Numbered from the stretch's first letter, positions 10,285 to 21,288 are shown. The stretch is 64,000 nt of DNA from Nitrososphaeraceae archaeon (GCA_035250975.1 DATFEP010000061.1:64001-128000); one strand, 5' to 3'. Translations and numbers: made by a program. The notes: generated from the letters alone by a model not told the origin.

Positions 10285-10584
10285 TTATTGCTTTTGCATT
10301 AGTTCTTTTATATCTTCGTCCTGAATATTTTTTAAAGAGACAGAAGAAATTCTATAGGATTTATTAAAGAGTCTTCCTAATTTAACCGAATTTTCTTGCA
10401 GATAATAAATCGGCACATTATATTCGGATGCCTGTGTCTCTATAAACTGTTTATCTTTACTAGTTACAGTATTTGACAATATTAACAATTTTGATCCCTT
10501 TATATTCGATTTTACTTCTTTAATTCCCCTTTTGTATTTGTTATTGGATATTGATTCTTTAATTATTTTCTCCAAAATCTTCAT
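10285..10584 (-). CDS. rpl30e: 50S ribosomal protein L30e (L7Ae/L30e family)
   Basis: GIKEV...LLILS...VPIY...LGRLFNKSYRISSVSL; conserved position after rpoA; start 10584 follows GGTGA (alternative start 10593). Confidence 0.85.
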   Translation of the reverse strand: MKILEKIIKESISNNKYKRGIKEVKSNIKGSKLLILSNTVTSKDKQFIETQASEYNVPIYYLQENSVKLGRLFNKSYRISSVSLKNIQDEDIKELMQKQ

Positions 10585-13500
10585 TTTGTTCATTCACCTT
10601 CATATACAGTTCAACCATTCCAGTTCCAACAGGAACAGTTGCACCCACAATTACATTTTCAGTAACTCCTTTTAATGCTTCCGTTTGACCTTCCATTGCT
10701 GCTCTAGCAATAGTAGGAACAGTGATTTCAAACGCTGCTCTAGCTAAAACGGATGTTTTAGTTCCTGCAATGCCATGTCTACCTATCTGTTGAAGGTAGC
10801 CTTTAGACGTCATTAGATCTGCAACAAGCATAATATGTCTAATATCTACCTCTAGACCTTGTTCCTCGAGTGTATTTGTGATCTCTTTAACTAGAGCAGT
10901 CCTTGCAGCCTCAATTCCTAAAGTTTGCCATATTTCGTATACATTGTTAGTAGTTATTCTAGAAAGATCAATACCATCTACATAAATAATTTTAGCCAAA
11001 TTTGAGCCGGCAGTTTGTATAACCCATTCATCAATTTGTTTAACTATAGTTACTCTTTCTATATCTGGTACTCCTTTTATCCTTGTGTTTAAAACTTTAT
11101 TCTTTAACAACAGAAGACTTTGTGCATCTAATTCTTCATTCATTTTCATAACAATGCTCAATTCCTTTTCATCAAGAATAGTATCATATTTCTTTTTAGA
11201 ACCTTTTAGAATCTCGAATATATCTTTGATATTACAGCCTCTTTCAATCAATTTGTCAGAAGATAAACTAAATTTGATTATACCTCCATAATCAATGTCA
11301 GTTTTTTCTACAACATCTATAACCTTTGTATGGATAATCTCTTTTGCAACATTTAATGCTTGTTCTCTGGAGAACCTATGTTGTTCGTCTAGATATATAT
11401 CCATTGTAGGAGTTATAGGTTTCTTTCGTGCGTCTACCAGTTCTATTAATCGTGGTAGTCCAAGAGTAACATTTCTTTCCTTTACTCCCGCATAATGGAA
11501 TGTTCTGAGAGTCATCTGAGTTCCAGGTTCACCTATAGATTGTGCAGTGACAACCCCGACTGCTTCTCCTGGTTCTACCAGTGCTCTTTCCACAAGATCG
11601 ATAATCTTTTTAACTACCTTTTCTATGCCTTGTTTACTAAGTTTATTATCCAGTAATATAGTTTCAATATTTGTTCTTAATTTGGGATTAAAATGTGATA
11701 CATATTGATTTAATATATGTCTAATTTCAGATTCGTCTGCTTTCGAACCTTCATCTACTACAGACTCACTTTCGATAATTCTTGAAATATTAACGGCTTC
11801 ACCATGATCACTTTTAGCTGGATCAATCCCATCTTCTCCATAAAGATATTGAATAATGTTACCGTGGGGGTCTCTAACTGTTCCATCATACTCCATTTTC
11901 AAATGTTCGAGAGCATTAATCAATCTTCTTTGCATATAGCCAGATTGTTGTGTTCTTACGGCGGTATCAACAAGACCTTCTCTTCCGCCCATAGCATGGA
12001 AAAAGAACTCTAAAGGAGTTAGTCCATCACGGTAATTTGATTTTACAAATCCCTTAGCGTCTGGATTAGTATCATTTATCCTAAAATGGGGCAAAGAACG
12101 ATTCCGATAGCCTTTGTGAATTCTTTTACCTCGTATTGATTGCTGACCTAAAACCGCAGTCATTTGGCCTATATTAAGGGTTGACCCACGAGCACCTGTA
12201 GATGCCATTATCACACCCGCATTATCATTCGGAAAAGATCTGTCTGCAATTCTACCTGCGCGATCTCTTGCACGAGATAACTCATTTACTAGGTACAATT
12301 CTAGTGCCTCCTCAGGGGCGAGACCTCTAGTTAGTGGCAAAGTTCCATCCTTATATTGAACAATTAGCTCACCAATTTTATCATAGGCTTTTTTAATTAC
12401 TCCAGTAATTTCTTTTTCTGTCTCTTCTGTCAGCCATAAATCAGAATACCCGTACGTAAAACCACGATGAGTAATGAATGTTTTTAACATGATAAGTATT
12501 GAATTTAGGAACTTTTGGGCAACATCGTTTCCATAATCCTTTGCGATTCTGTGCAAAACACTGTCAGGTTCTTCTGCTCCAATTGATGCTTTGTCTATAA
12601 CTCCACTTATTAGTTCCCCATTTTTGATTACTACATCCTTTCCCTCTTTTTTAATTGATTTGTTCCATTTTGATGTAATAATAAAATTAAAGTCATTTGG
12701 AAGAAATAAGGAAAATAGTTGTTTTCCTGTATAAAACTTCTTCCCATCCTTTTCACCTTTATGCTCGGGGATAGGTCCTGAATATCCACCTAGTAATGCT
12801 AAATTAAAGAATTCCTCTTGTGATAATATAGTTTCATCTCTTGTCAAAAGATATGCGCCTGTAATAAAGTCACGTATTCCACCAATAATTGGACCGCCGT
12901 ATCTTGGAGAAATTAGTTGATCTTGAACACTCATAAGCAACGTTGCCTCAGACCGTGCTTCTTCGCTCTGAGGTACATGAAGGTTCATTTCATCACCATC
13001 GAAATCTGCATTATACGGAGGACAAACAGCTGGATGTAATCGAAATGTTCTATATGGCAAAACTTTAACATAATGAGCCATAATTGACATCCTGTGTAAA
13101 GAAGGTTGTCGGTTGAAAATAACGATATCTCCTTCAGATAAGTGTCTCTCTATAATGTAACCAGGAACTATGGAATCCGCAACCATTTGTCTATCGTTTA
13201 CATAATCGAGTCTTATTTTTACCCCATCTGGTCTTATGATATAATTAGCTCCAGGGTATGAGTTAGGACCGTTAAAAACTAGTTTCTTTAATTTTTCTAA
13301 ATTCCATGATGAGACAGTTTCTGGGATGGTAAGTTTCTTTGCAACTTCATATGGAATGCCAACCTCTGAAATAGCAATATTTGGATCTGGAGAAATTACT
13401 GTTCTACTTGAAAAATCCACACGTTTTCCAGATAATGAACCTCTAAATCTACCTTCCTTTCCCTTTAATCTTTGGGTAAGTGTCTTCAATGGCCGTCCTG

Positions 13501-14377
13501 ATCTATGATGAGCCTGTGGAATTCCAGAAACTTCATTATCGAAATATGTCGTAACATGATATTGTAACAAGTCTACCAAATCTTGAACAATTAGTGGAGG
13601 AGTTCCAGCTTCTTTACTTTCTTTGAGTCTTTGATTGACTCTTATTATATCAACGAGTTTATGAGTAAGATCATCCTCAGAACGAATGCCTGTTTCAAGT
13701 ATTATAGACGGTCTTACAGTGACTGGGGGAACAGGAAGGACCTGTAAAACAAACCATTCTGGTCTGGCGGTAGTTGGGTCATATCCTAATAATCTCAAAT
13801 CATCATCTTTGATATTAGAAAGGCGTTCACGAATTGTAATGGGTAATAATCTATTTTCTCCCGCTTCAGTTTTTTCAACAAAAATCGTAGGTTTAGTAAA
13901 GATAAGATCATATTGTTCCTTCTGACAATGGGGACAGATTTTTATTTTTTTAGATTTTTCTATAATCTCATCTTTTATGTTTTCTAAAGTAATTACAGCA
14001 TATGAAGCTTTTCCAGTCCTTATATTTCTATAACGTTCTAATTCTTCAGTTTCTAGTTTTATTCTGTTACAAGATCTACATGTAGTTAGTAACAATTTAT
14101 GCACATCATCTACAAATGCGATATGTAATACAGGTTCGGCCAGCTCAATATGACCAAAATGACCCGGACATTTTGCAGATGTATTACCACAAGAAATACA
14201 TTTTTGACCCGGTTCAAGAGTACCTAGACGGTTATCCATCAATCCACCTTGAACCGGCATTCCATCTTCATCATATGTTTCAGGCGCGGTGATTTCCGCT
14301 ACACTAAATTTACGTACTTCAACTGGCGACCAAACACTAAATTTTATACTACCAAGATTTTTAATAGACTCTTCCAT
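10559..14377 (-). CDS. rpoA: DNA-directed RNA polymerase largest subunit, unsplit A'+A'' (Rpo1)
   Basis: CPGHFGH, catalytic YNADFDGDEM, AQSIGEPGTQMTLRTFH, GVTENVIVG in a single ORF; ATG 14377 follows GGTGA. Confidence 0.98.
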   Translation of the reverse strand: MEESIKNLGSIKFSVWSPVEVRKFSVAEITAPETYDEDGMPVQGGLMDNRLGTLEPGQKCISCGNTSAKCPGHFGHIELAEPVLHIAFVDDVHKLLLTTCRSCNRIKLETEELERYRNIRTGKASYAVITLENIKDEIIEKSKKIKICPHCQKEQYDLIFTKPTIFVEKTEAGENRLLPITIRERLSNIKDDDLRLLGYDPTTARPEWFVLQVLPVPPVTVRPSIILETGIRSEDDLTHKLVDIIRVNQRLKESKEAGTPPLIVQDLVDLLQYHVTTYFDNEVSGIPQAHHRSGRPLKTLTQRLKGKEGRFRGSLSGKRVDFSSRTVISPDPNIAISEVGIPYEVAKKLTIPETVSSWNLEKLKKLVFNGPNSYPGANYIIRPDGVKIRLDYVNDRQMVADSIVPGYIIERHLSEGDIVIFNRQPSLHRMSIMAHYVKVLPYRTFRLHPAVCPPYNADFDGDEMNLHVPQSEEARSEATLLMSVQDQLISPRYGGPIIGGIRDFITGAYLLTRDETILSQEEFFNLALLGGYSGPIPEHKGEKDGKKFYTGKQLFSLFLPNDFNFIITSKWNKSIKKEGKDVVIKNGELISGVIDKASIGAEEPDSVLHRIAKDYGNDVAQKFLNSILIMLKTFITHRGFTYGYSDLWLTEETEKEITGVIKKAYDKIGELIVQYKDGTLPLTRGLAPEEALELYLVNELSRARDRAGRIADRSFPNDNAGVIMASTGARGSTLNIGQMTAVLGQQSIRGKRIHKGYRNRSLPHFRINDTNPDAKGFVKSNYRDGLTPLEFFFHAMGGREGLVDTAVRTQQSGYMQRRLINALEHLKMEYDGTVRDPHGNIIQYLYGEDGIDPAKSDHGEAVNISRIIESESVVDEGSKADESEIRHILNQYVSHFNPKLRTNIETILLDNKLSKQGIEKVVKKIIDLVERALVEPGEAVGVVTAQSIGEPGTQMTLRTFHYAGVKERNVTLGLPRLIELVDARKKPITPTMDIYLDEQHRFSREQALNVAKEIIHTKVIDVVEKTDIDYGGIIKFSLSSDKLIERGCNIKDIFEILKGSKKKYDTILDEKELSIVMKMNEELDAQSLLLLKNKVLNTRIKGVPDIERVTIVKQIDEWVIQTAGSNLAKIIYVDGIDLSRITTNNVYEIWQTLGIEAARTALVKEITNTLEEQGLEVDIRHIMLVADLMTSKGYLQQIGRHGIAGTKTSVLARAAFEITVPTIARAAMEGQTEALKGVTENVIVGATVPVGTGMVELYMKVNEQNEDFGENN

Positions 14378-14391
14378 TATTATCACCTATT

Positions 14392-17300
14392 TTATAATTT
14401 ATCCTTAGGAATAAGTCGTGGAGCAATATTAAGACTCATCATTTCTTGCAATAGTAATTTAAATGCATATGCTATCACAATAGTTGAAATTTTAGACTTA
14501 TCACCACAAACTCTACAAACATGCCTTCTTTGTTTAATGTCGTAATAAGATAACAGACCACAACGTTCGCATATATTAACTTCTGCTTTGTCAGATTCTT
14601 CAAGTAATCTGTCCTTTAACATCATTGAAGCCCCATAAGCAATCAAACAATCTCTTTCCATCTCTCCAAACCGTAAACCGCCTCCCCTCGCTCTTCCTTC
14701 CGTAGGTTGTTTTGTTAACATCTGAACTTGACCTCTAGCTCTACTATGGATTTTATCTGCTACCATATGATGAAGTTTTTGATAATAAACTATACCGATG
14801 TAAACATCTACAGGAAACTTTAATCCAGTTCTCCCGTCGTACATCTCTTCTTTGCCGCTATATTTTAGCCCGTATTGTTCCATAACATCTTTAATATCAT
14901 TTAATTTTTCTCCTAAGAATGCTGAACCGTCAACAACTTTACCACGCAGTGAAGCGGCTTTCCCCGCCAATGATTCCATGAATTGTCCAACTGTCATTCT
15001 TGATGGAAAAGCATGCGGATTAATCATAATGTCAGGAACTATTCCATCGTTAGTATATGGGAGATCTTCTTGACTTACCAACATGCCAAGAACTCCTTTT
15101 TGTCCGTGTCGTGACGCAAATTTGTCTCCGATTTCGGGTATTCGCATATCTCTCACTCTAATTTTATACATTTTTCCACCCTCAACAGATTGTGTCATTA
15201 TTACACTATCAACAACACCATTCTCAGACGGTCTTACACCTATCGAGGTATCGCGCCTGTAAGGTCCTTTTACTTCAAATTCCTTATACTCTTCAATGAA
15301 TCTTGGAGGAGATGTTCTTCCAATCAATATATCCCCACCTGAGACAATTGATTCGTGCATGATGGCACCATCTTGTTCCAATAATCTATAAGCTTTTTCC
15401 CCCCTAAATCCACGGATATTTTCATCTGGAGAAGGTAATTCAAAAGTATCTTTCATTCCACCAGGATATTGTTTTGCTTCAGCTTCATACACACGATAAA
15501 AGAATGTTCTACATAATCCTCTCTCAACTGATGATTTATTGAAAACTACTGCATCTTCTATATTATATCCTTCAAAAGGTAGAACAGCAACAACACAATT
15601 TTGCCCTGTAGGACGTTCATCGAGTCCAAGAAGATTTATTGCCTTGGTACTCACCACGGGGACTTGTGGATACAACATGAAATGTTGACGCACATACGTA
15701 CTAGCATTCATTAAAGGTGTGGAAAATCCTAGACTCTGTTTTGCCATAGCACTTTCATAAGTGTTTCTAGGAGATTGATTATGTTCTGGATATGGAATAA
15801 CTGAAGCACCTATTCCTAAAATAGATGGAGGATATATTTCCATATGTGTCGTATTATTATCTATAGATTCAGAATCAATTGAAATTTGACAGTTTTCCTC
15901 CTCGTTGGCATCTACAAGTTCAATTATTCCTATAGAAATTAGGTCAGCCCACGAAAGAAATTTTTTATTGATCTTTTCTACAACTTCCGATGTCATTAAA
16001 GATTTTCCATCTTTAACTATTGCAAGTGGTCTCAAAACTCTTCCCGAATTACAAGAAATATACAATCTCTTCATAGCATTTGAGTTCAGAGAAGAATAAA
16101 AGTAAATCCCAATGTGTGGATGTATTTTTCCGCTTCTTCTAAGAGTTCGAAGAGTTATTGCCAAATGCAAACCATCTTCTATATACCCTATCAATTTTCC
16201 ATCTACAAAAATTCTACATCCATTTTCTCTTAAATTTTCATCCGCATCATCTATATGTTGTGCTCTTAATTCATATAATTTTTCTATTATTTCCGACGAA
16301 GAAACACTGACTGAAATTATTGCGGAGAGAGCAAGATTCTTTACTAAACCACAATTTGATCCTTCAGGAGTTTCTGCAGGACAAATCCTTCCAAAGTGAG
16401 TAGTGTGTAAGTCTCGAGCTTCAAAGTTTGGTTGACTCCTGCTTAATGGAGATTGTATACGACGTAAATGACTGATTGTAGACATATAATTAGTTCTATC
16501 CAGAAGTTGAGTTACACCTACTCTTCCTCTTCCCCAATTACCAGTGGCAATAGCGTTATTTAGCTTATCTGAGATTATTCCAGGTCTTATAGCGGCGGCA
16601 ACAGCATTTATTCCTCTTTTTTGACCCGATCTTTCAAGCTGATATTTCATATCCCGTATAAGGTTACGAAATGCAGTTCTAAAAAGATCAGCAAGCATTT
16701 GACCAGCAAATTTTATAACCTTGTTTCCATAATGGTCCTTATCATCATTATCGATCCAACCCAGTTTTAATTCTATTAATTTAGAAGCTGCTTCGCCTAA
16801 AAATAGAGCTTTTTCTCCACGATTTTCTGGATTTTTACCTAAATGTGGAAGTAGTCCCCAATCCAATAATGTTTCTGCACGCTTTATCTGAAATTCCTCC
16901 AGCATCCCTGGAGCAATTCTTTTACTAATATATATTATAGATTCTCTACTTGAAGGAATTTCCCCCACTTTCTCAAACGACGGTTCCAAATCGTCCTGAA
17001 CACGTTCGTTAAAGGAGACAGAATTAGCTATGTCCCGATCAGACTCGAGACCTAATGCCCTTATCAAGGTAATTAATGGAATATCCACAGGAGACCCGGG
17101 TATTTTAGCAACTATGGAACCGTCTGGTTTCATTATAAGTTCCAGTTTTGCACGATAACCTACAATTGAGGAATATACCTTTGCCTTATAGTTAAGAGTA
17201 CCTGCAGTTTCTTCTGCATCTACAATTATTTTGTTGTAAGATAAATCCTCAAGACCGACAATTACTCTTTCAGAACCATTAATCACAAAATAACCTCCTG

Positions 17301-17751
17301 GATCTCGTGGATCTTCCCCTAATTCAATCAATTTGGATTCTGGCAAATTATGGAGGATACAGACATTGGATTTTACCATTACAGGCATATCTCCGATGTG
17401 AATAAATCTGGATTCGATTATTCTTCCATCCTCCACTATACTACATTCAAGCATAATTGGAGAGGCATAAGTCAAATTTCTTAGTCGTGCCTCGACGGGG
17501 GCAACATGAGTGATCGAACCATCCAGTTCCATAATTCGAGGACGTTGTAATTTTATTTTACCAAGTTTCAGTTTATAAGGAAATTCAGCTGTTTCTATCT
17601 CTACTTCATTTACTTCATCAATAATACTTTGAAGTCCAGATTCCATAAATTCATTATAAGAATTAAGATGTTGTCTAGCTATTCCCTCACGTCTTAATAT
17701 ATCGTTTATGATTGGCCACATATCAACAGAAGTATTCATTATATTGACCAT
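14392..17751 (-). CDS. rpoB: DNA-directed RNA polymerase subunit B, unsplit (Rpo2)
   Basis: GYFVINGSERV, GDKFASRHGQKG, GGLRFGEMERD. Confidence 0.98.
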   Translation of the reverse strand: MVNIMNTSVDMWPIINDILRREGIARQHLNSYNEFMESGLQSIIDEVNEVEIETAEFPYKLKLGKIKLQRPRIMELDGSITHVAPVEARLRNLTYASPIMLECSIVEDGRIIESRFIHIGDMPVMVKSNVCILHNLPESKLIELGEDPRDPGGYFVINGSERVIVGLEDLSYNKIIVDAEETAGTLNYKAKVYSSIVGYRAKLELIMKPDGSIVAKIPGSPVDIPLITLIRALGLESDRDIANSVSFNERVQDDLEPSFEKVGEIPSSRESIIYISKRIAPGMLEEFQIKRAETLLDWGLLPHLGKNPENRGEKALFLGEAASKLIELKLGWIDNDDKDHYGNKVIKFAGQMLADLFRTAFRNLIRDMKYQLERSGQKRGINAVAAAIRPGIISDKLNNAIATGNWGRGRVGVTQLLDRTNYMSTISHLRRIQSPLSRSQPNFEARDLHTTHFGRICPAETPEGSNCGLVKNLALSAIISVSVSSSEIIEKLYELRAQHIDDADENLRENGCRIFVDGKLIGYIEDGLHLAITLRTLRRSGKIHPHIGIYFYSSLNSNAMKRLYISCNSGRVLRPLAIVKDGKSLMTSEVVEKINKKFLSWADLISIGIIELVDANEEENCQISIDSESIDNNTTHMEIYPPSILGIGASVIPYPEHNQSPRNTYESAMAKQSLGFSTPLMNASTYVRQHFMLYPQVPVVSTKAINLLGLDERPTGQNCVVAVLPFEGYNIEDAVVFNKSSVERGLCRTFFYRVYEAEAKQYPGGMKDTFELPSPDENIRGFRGEKAYRLLEQDGAIMHESIVSGGDILIGRTSPPRFIEEYKEFEVKGPYRRDTSIGVRPSENGVVDSVIMTQSVEGGKMYKIRVRDMRIPEIGDKFASRHGQKGVLGMLVSQEDLPYTNDGIVPDIMINPHAFPSRMTVGQFMESLAGKAASLRGKVVDGSAFLGEKLNDIKDVMEQYGLKYSGKEEMYDGRTGLKFPVDVYIGIVYYQKLHHMVADKIHSRARGQVQMLTKQPTEGRARGGGLRFGEMERDCLIAYGASMMLKDRLLEESDKAEVNICERCGLLSYYDIKQRRHVCRVCGDKSKISTIVIAYAFKLLLQEMMSLNIAPRLIPKDKL

Positions 17752-17753
17752 CT

Positions 17754-18005
17754 CTAACCTTCCACCACATACCTGTAATATACACTTTCACCTGCAGTAG
17801 GACTTTTCCTAGTTATTCGTAATATATCACCTGGACGTACGTCCAAGTCTTCTAAGCCCTTATCATTTGACATAATATACGGAAGCTGATTTGTCCTGAC
17901 ATTAAACTTTTTCATTACTTGTTCAGCCTCTTCTTTAGAAAGAATTTCATGTTTAGGCTGATAAATGTGGTTGGTTACTTTCACAACTTTCTTTTCTACT
18001 GACAA
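17754..18005 (-). CDS. rpoH: RNA polymerase subunit H (Rpo5)
   Basis: PKHEILS, QLPYI, RKSPTAGESVYYRYVV. Confidence 0.95.
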   Translation of the reverse strand: MSVEKKVVKVTNHIYQPKHEILSKEEAEQVMKKFNVRTNQLPYIMSNDKGLEDLDVRPGDILRITRKSPTAGESVYYRYVVEG

Positions 18006-18195
18006 ATCATAGCCCCTCTACAAAATTTGGTAAAATAGTCAAATTTTTGGATAAAATATCTTTTGCGCAATATTAAATACACAAACTTCTGGCAGAAGGA
18101 GATATATGTAGTTTCTTACATTATTTAAAATTTATTTCGATTATTCATAATAAATAATACGTTGGTATATTTGATTGCAAATAATGAAAGAAAAA

Positions 18196-18291
18196 GGCCT
18201 TCGGAGGGATTTGAACCCTCCTCAAGCGGTTTCTATCTTTTGTAGAAAAGACCACAGCCGCCTATACTAACCAGGCTATACTACGAAGGCC
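18196..18291 (-). tRNA. tRNA-His(GUG) with encoded G-1 and a 21-nt canonical intron (18231-18251)
   Basis: Minus strand reads GGCCTTCG-TA-GTATAGCCTGGTTAGTAT-A-GGCGG-CTGTGG[TCTTTTCTACAAAAGATAGAA]A-CCGCT-...-GGGTTCAAATCCC-TCCGAAGGCC. The acceptor, anticodon and T stems pair and a BHB motif forms. Confidence 0.95.
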
Positions 18292-18381
18292 ACGCATTCA
18301 TTGATATTAGGTTGTATTAATTAATCTTCAGTTTAGTTAAATATACTTAGATTATAATATCCTCGGAATTGTCATGTTAAT

Positions 18382-19200
18382 TCACGAATCTATTATTCCA
18401 CGTTTAATTACAGATAGTCCTAGTTTTTCTAACGCATTACAAATAGCGTTCATTCCGATAGAATCACCAGCTAGATGACCAAGAACAACTAAATTCCAAT
18501 TCCCGTTTGCTTGTCGTAATTTAATCAACTCATTATAATCAATATGTAGGTAAATGACTGTAGTTATTCCATTTTCGAAATATGATTTAGCAATATCAAA
18601 ACCTCCGTTTGAACCAGCTCCAACAACTAAAACCCATTTTCCCAAATTATTTGTAGGTTTTCCATTACATACAGTTATACGGGTTAATGAATTCTTGAAT
18701 TCTGGTATTGCTCCAATTGCATTTACTAAATCAGATACCGATACCAATTTTGACATTTCAATTTTCCTTAGAATAACTTGCCGCATATATTCATCAAGAG
18801 GTTGATGAATATTCAATAATGGCATTTTAAGGAGTTTTGACGTACCCACAATATCGTCATAAATAGCCGAATGTGATCGTAATTCTACTTTTTCTTTTAG
18901 TTTTTTGACTAATGAAATGGCATTTTTTCTCTTTATTCCATTATCAACCATATATTTCACATGTCTATCAAATACATGATGAAATTGAAGTAGAGATATT
19001 CCTATCGGATGATGTGTTAAAACGCAATCACATTTAAGAGTCTTTGCTAGATAGATGTCAGATTGATTTATGTCTACAGAAACAAATATCTTTTTTATAT
19101 CGGTTCCATTTATATGAATTGTGCTATCAGGGGGGACTTTTTCCCAACTAGCGAGTTTTAGACCTATCTGCATAATTTCTTCTGTACTAATTCCTTTCAA
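18382..19200 (-). CDS. NIF3-like dinuclear metal-centre protein (divergent)
   Basis: VSVD, LTHHP, NIHQPLD and GHLAGDS metal-ligand pattern. Confidence 0.7.
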   Translation of the reverse strand: MKGISTEEIMQIGLKLASWEKVPPDSTIHINGTDIKKIFVSVDINQSDIYLAKTLKCDCVLTHHPIGISLLQFHHVFDRHVKYMVDNGIKRKNAISLVKKLKEKVELRSHSAIYDDIVGTSKLLKMPLLNIHQPLDEYMRQVILRKIEMSKLVSVSDLVNAIGAIPEFKNSLTRITVCNGKPTNNLGKWVLVVGAGSNGGFDIAKSYFENGITTVIYLHIDYNELIKLRQANGNWNLVVLGHLAGDSIGMNAICNALEKLGLSVIKRGIIDS

Positions 19201-19870
19201 TCGATATACTATGACAAATGATCGAATTTTAATATTTTTTGTTTGGAAGCTATTATCATTTATCTGTCTATCTTGTTTATGATATTGAAAAAAAGGAGAC
19301 AGGAGTAACCAAATAACACCCTTATAAAGTGCGTCCCAATTTGATGAATTTACGATTAAACTACCAAAGTCTGGTTCAGAATGTCCTTTATGTATTGAGA
19401 TCTAATTAGGTCCTTTAGTGTGGTTGACTGCAGACAGATTATCGTGTATAGTTACTGAAAGATATAATTTGAATTTGACCTATTTCGAAATATAGCGTAA
19501 TTTTTTAATTGACGTATATATTAAGATACTTCCTCTCATATCAGCAATTTTATTTGTTTTTGCTCTTATTTTTTAATAGAAACAAAAACGAGAAAATTGT
19601 TCAAAGTTAATTTATTTGATTTTTCATTATAAATAATATTTTTAGGATAATACACTTGATTGTATATTCGAAATTAGTTGCAACTATATTATTTACATCT
19701 TAGAATTTCTTTCGTGATTCGAGTATATGTGCTAAATTTCTAATAGTTGACAATTTATTAAATCGCGAATTAAAAAAATGAACAGAAAGAAGATTGTTAT
19801 AAAAAAATAGAATTTATTTATAGTATTTAATAGAAAAAAAATTTAAGTATCTTGAATGTATATTATTATT

Positions 19871-20026
19871 ATGATAGAACGAAGAAAGAGAAATTTTTAT
19901 GATGACTTGACATTAGAAAATATGAAGAGATATTTTCAGGTTGAGGATCATTTTGAATTATTGAAATTTATTAAAAAACATGGACTAAAAAACGATGATT
20001 CTGACCTTAACATAAAAGAACATTAA
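19871..20026 (+). CDS. Unannotated 51-aa microprotein (MIERRKRNFYDDLTLENMKRYFQVEDHFELLKFIKKHGL...)
   Basis: ATG about 25 nt after an A-rich BRE plus TTTAAG TATA (19842); a clear paralog lies at 56609-56764. Confidence 0.7.
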   Translation: MIERRKRNFYDDLTLENMKRYFQVEDHFELLKFIKKHGLKNDDSDLNIKEH

Positions 20027-20090
20027 TTTTTTGAATATTTAGAGTGACTTAAAAGCCTAATTGTTTTATATAAAATATTGTCTCCAGAAT

Positions 20091-21137
20091 TTATTGGCAG
20101 CTTCTATTATCCTGAAAATATTCTTTGATCCATCGATCAGTATACCTAGAATAATTCTGCAAAACAACAATTCTAGAAATTTCACTTTCATCCATTAATT
20201 CATATTCATTAAGTGTTTTTACCATAATCTCAGCAAAATTTCTTATTTCATTCATTTCAAGCATATGTTTTTGTTCCAATCTTTGGGTAGACATTCCGAT
20301 ATGCATATAAGATTTTATTTCTATAAAGTTGGGATTACCAATATTAATTAATTCAGCAAAATCAGACACATCTTCCAAATTATCGTTGTACCCTCTAATA
20401 AGTGTTATTCGTAATACTGTCCTTGTACTGATCTCAGAAATAATTTTAAGAGTGTTTAACCATCTATCCCACGCATCTTTATATTTTGGTCTATTAATTT
20501 GATAAAACATTTTTTTATTTGATGCATTAGTAGAGAGATACAATTGTGTTGGAAGTGCATCTTCTTTTATTAATTTCTTTATCATTTCAGGTTCTTGGCC
20601 ATTAGTAACAAGAAATATGGATTTAGTATTTTCTAAGGATTTCAAATATTTGATCAAACCTGGTAGTTTAGGATACATGGTAGGTTCTCCGGAAAGAGAT
20701 ATTGCGTAATGCAGCGGAAACAAAGATTCATCTAGTTTCTTTTTGTCTGATTTTGAATTTCCATAGAAACCAACAATTAATCGTTCTCTTTCTTTCAATA
20801 GTTGAGTCACAATAGCATCGGGCTCATCAACTAATTCTTCTGGCATTAATAAAGTATCATAAAATTCAGTTGGTCTCCAACAATACACGCATCGATTTTC
20901 GCAGTTCATTGCAGTTGGAGTCATTTCCATACATTGATGGGTTGAAATTCCATAAAATTTATGTTTATAACAATTACCTTCATTATAGAAAGATTTTTTC
21001 GTCCAATGACATAATTCTACAGCCGAATGATTGAAAATGCCGTATTTAGCTTTTCTGAGTCTTGCTTCTAAACTCGAAGTAATATGGATAAGATTATTTT
21101 CATTTTCATGATAAACATGTTCATCAGAACAGCTCAT
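20091..21137 (-). CDS. taw1: 4-demethylwyosine synthase Taw1/TYW1 (radical SAM)
   Basis: HSAVELCHW, CYKHKFYGI, CENRCVYCWR, AISLSGEPT, EIKSYMHIG. Confidence 0.93.
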   Translation of the reverse strand: MSCSDEHVYHENENNLIHITSSLEARLRKAKYGIFNHSAVELCHWTKKSFYNEGNCYKHKFYGISTHQCMEMTPTAMNCENRCVYCWRPTEFYDTLLMPEELVDEPDAIVTQLLKERERLIVGFYGNSKSDKKKLDESLFPLHYAISLSGEPTMYPKLPGLIKYLKSLENTKSIFLVTNGQEPEMIKKLIKEDALPTQLYLSTNASNKKMFYQINRPKYKDAWDRWLNTLKIISEISTRTVLRITLIRGYNDNLEDVSDFAELINIGNPNFIEIKSYMHIGMSTQRLEQKHMLEMNEIRNFAEIMVKTLNEYELMDESEISRIVVLQNYSRYTDRWIKEYFQDNRSCQ

Positions 21138-21288
21138 TTATAGCATTAAAGATAGTCAAACTAATTTATACTTTAAAACTAGGTTGACAGAGTAAAATGT
21201 CTTTTATAAATATTTGTTCGAATAGCATAATGAAATCTTTAATACATTGATTACTTTTACATATGGGATCAAAAAATATTACACATAG

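Noticed and set aside
11085-16399. Numerous short antisense ORFs inside rpoA and rpoB (and other core genes)
   Set aside because: Codon-bias shadows of highly conserved genes; no independent motifs.
10559-17751. Unsplit RpoA and RpoB as a novelty
   Set aside because: This is a known trait of Nitrososphaerota; used only as a taxonomic clue.
19201-19860. Long intergenic region with a CPLC fragment
   Set aside because: No coherent ORF, repeat or RNA structure could be recognised.
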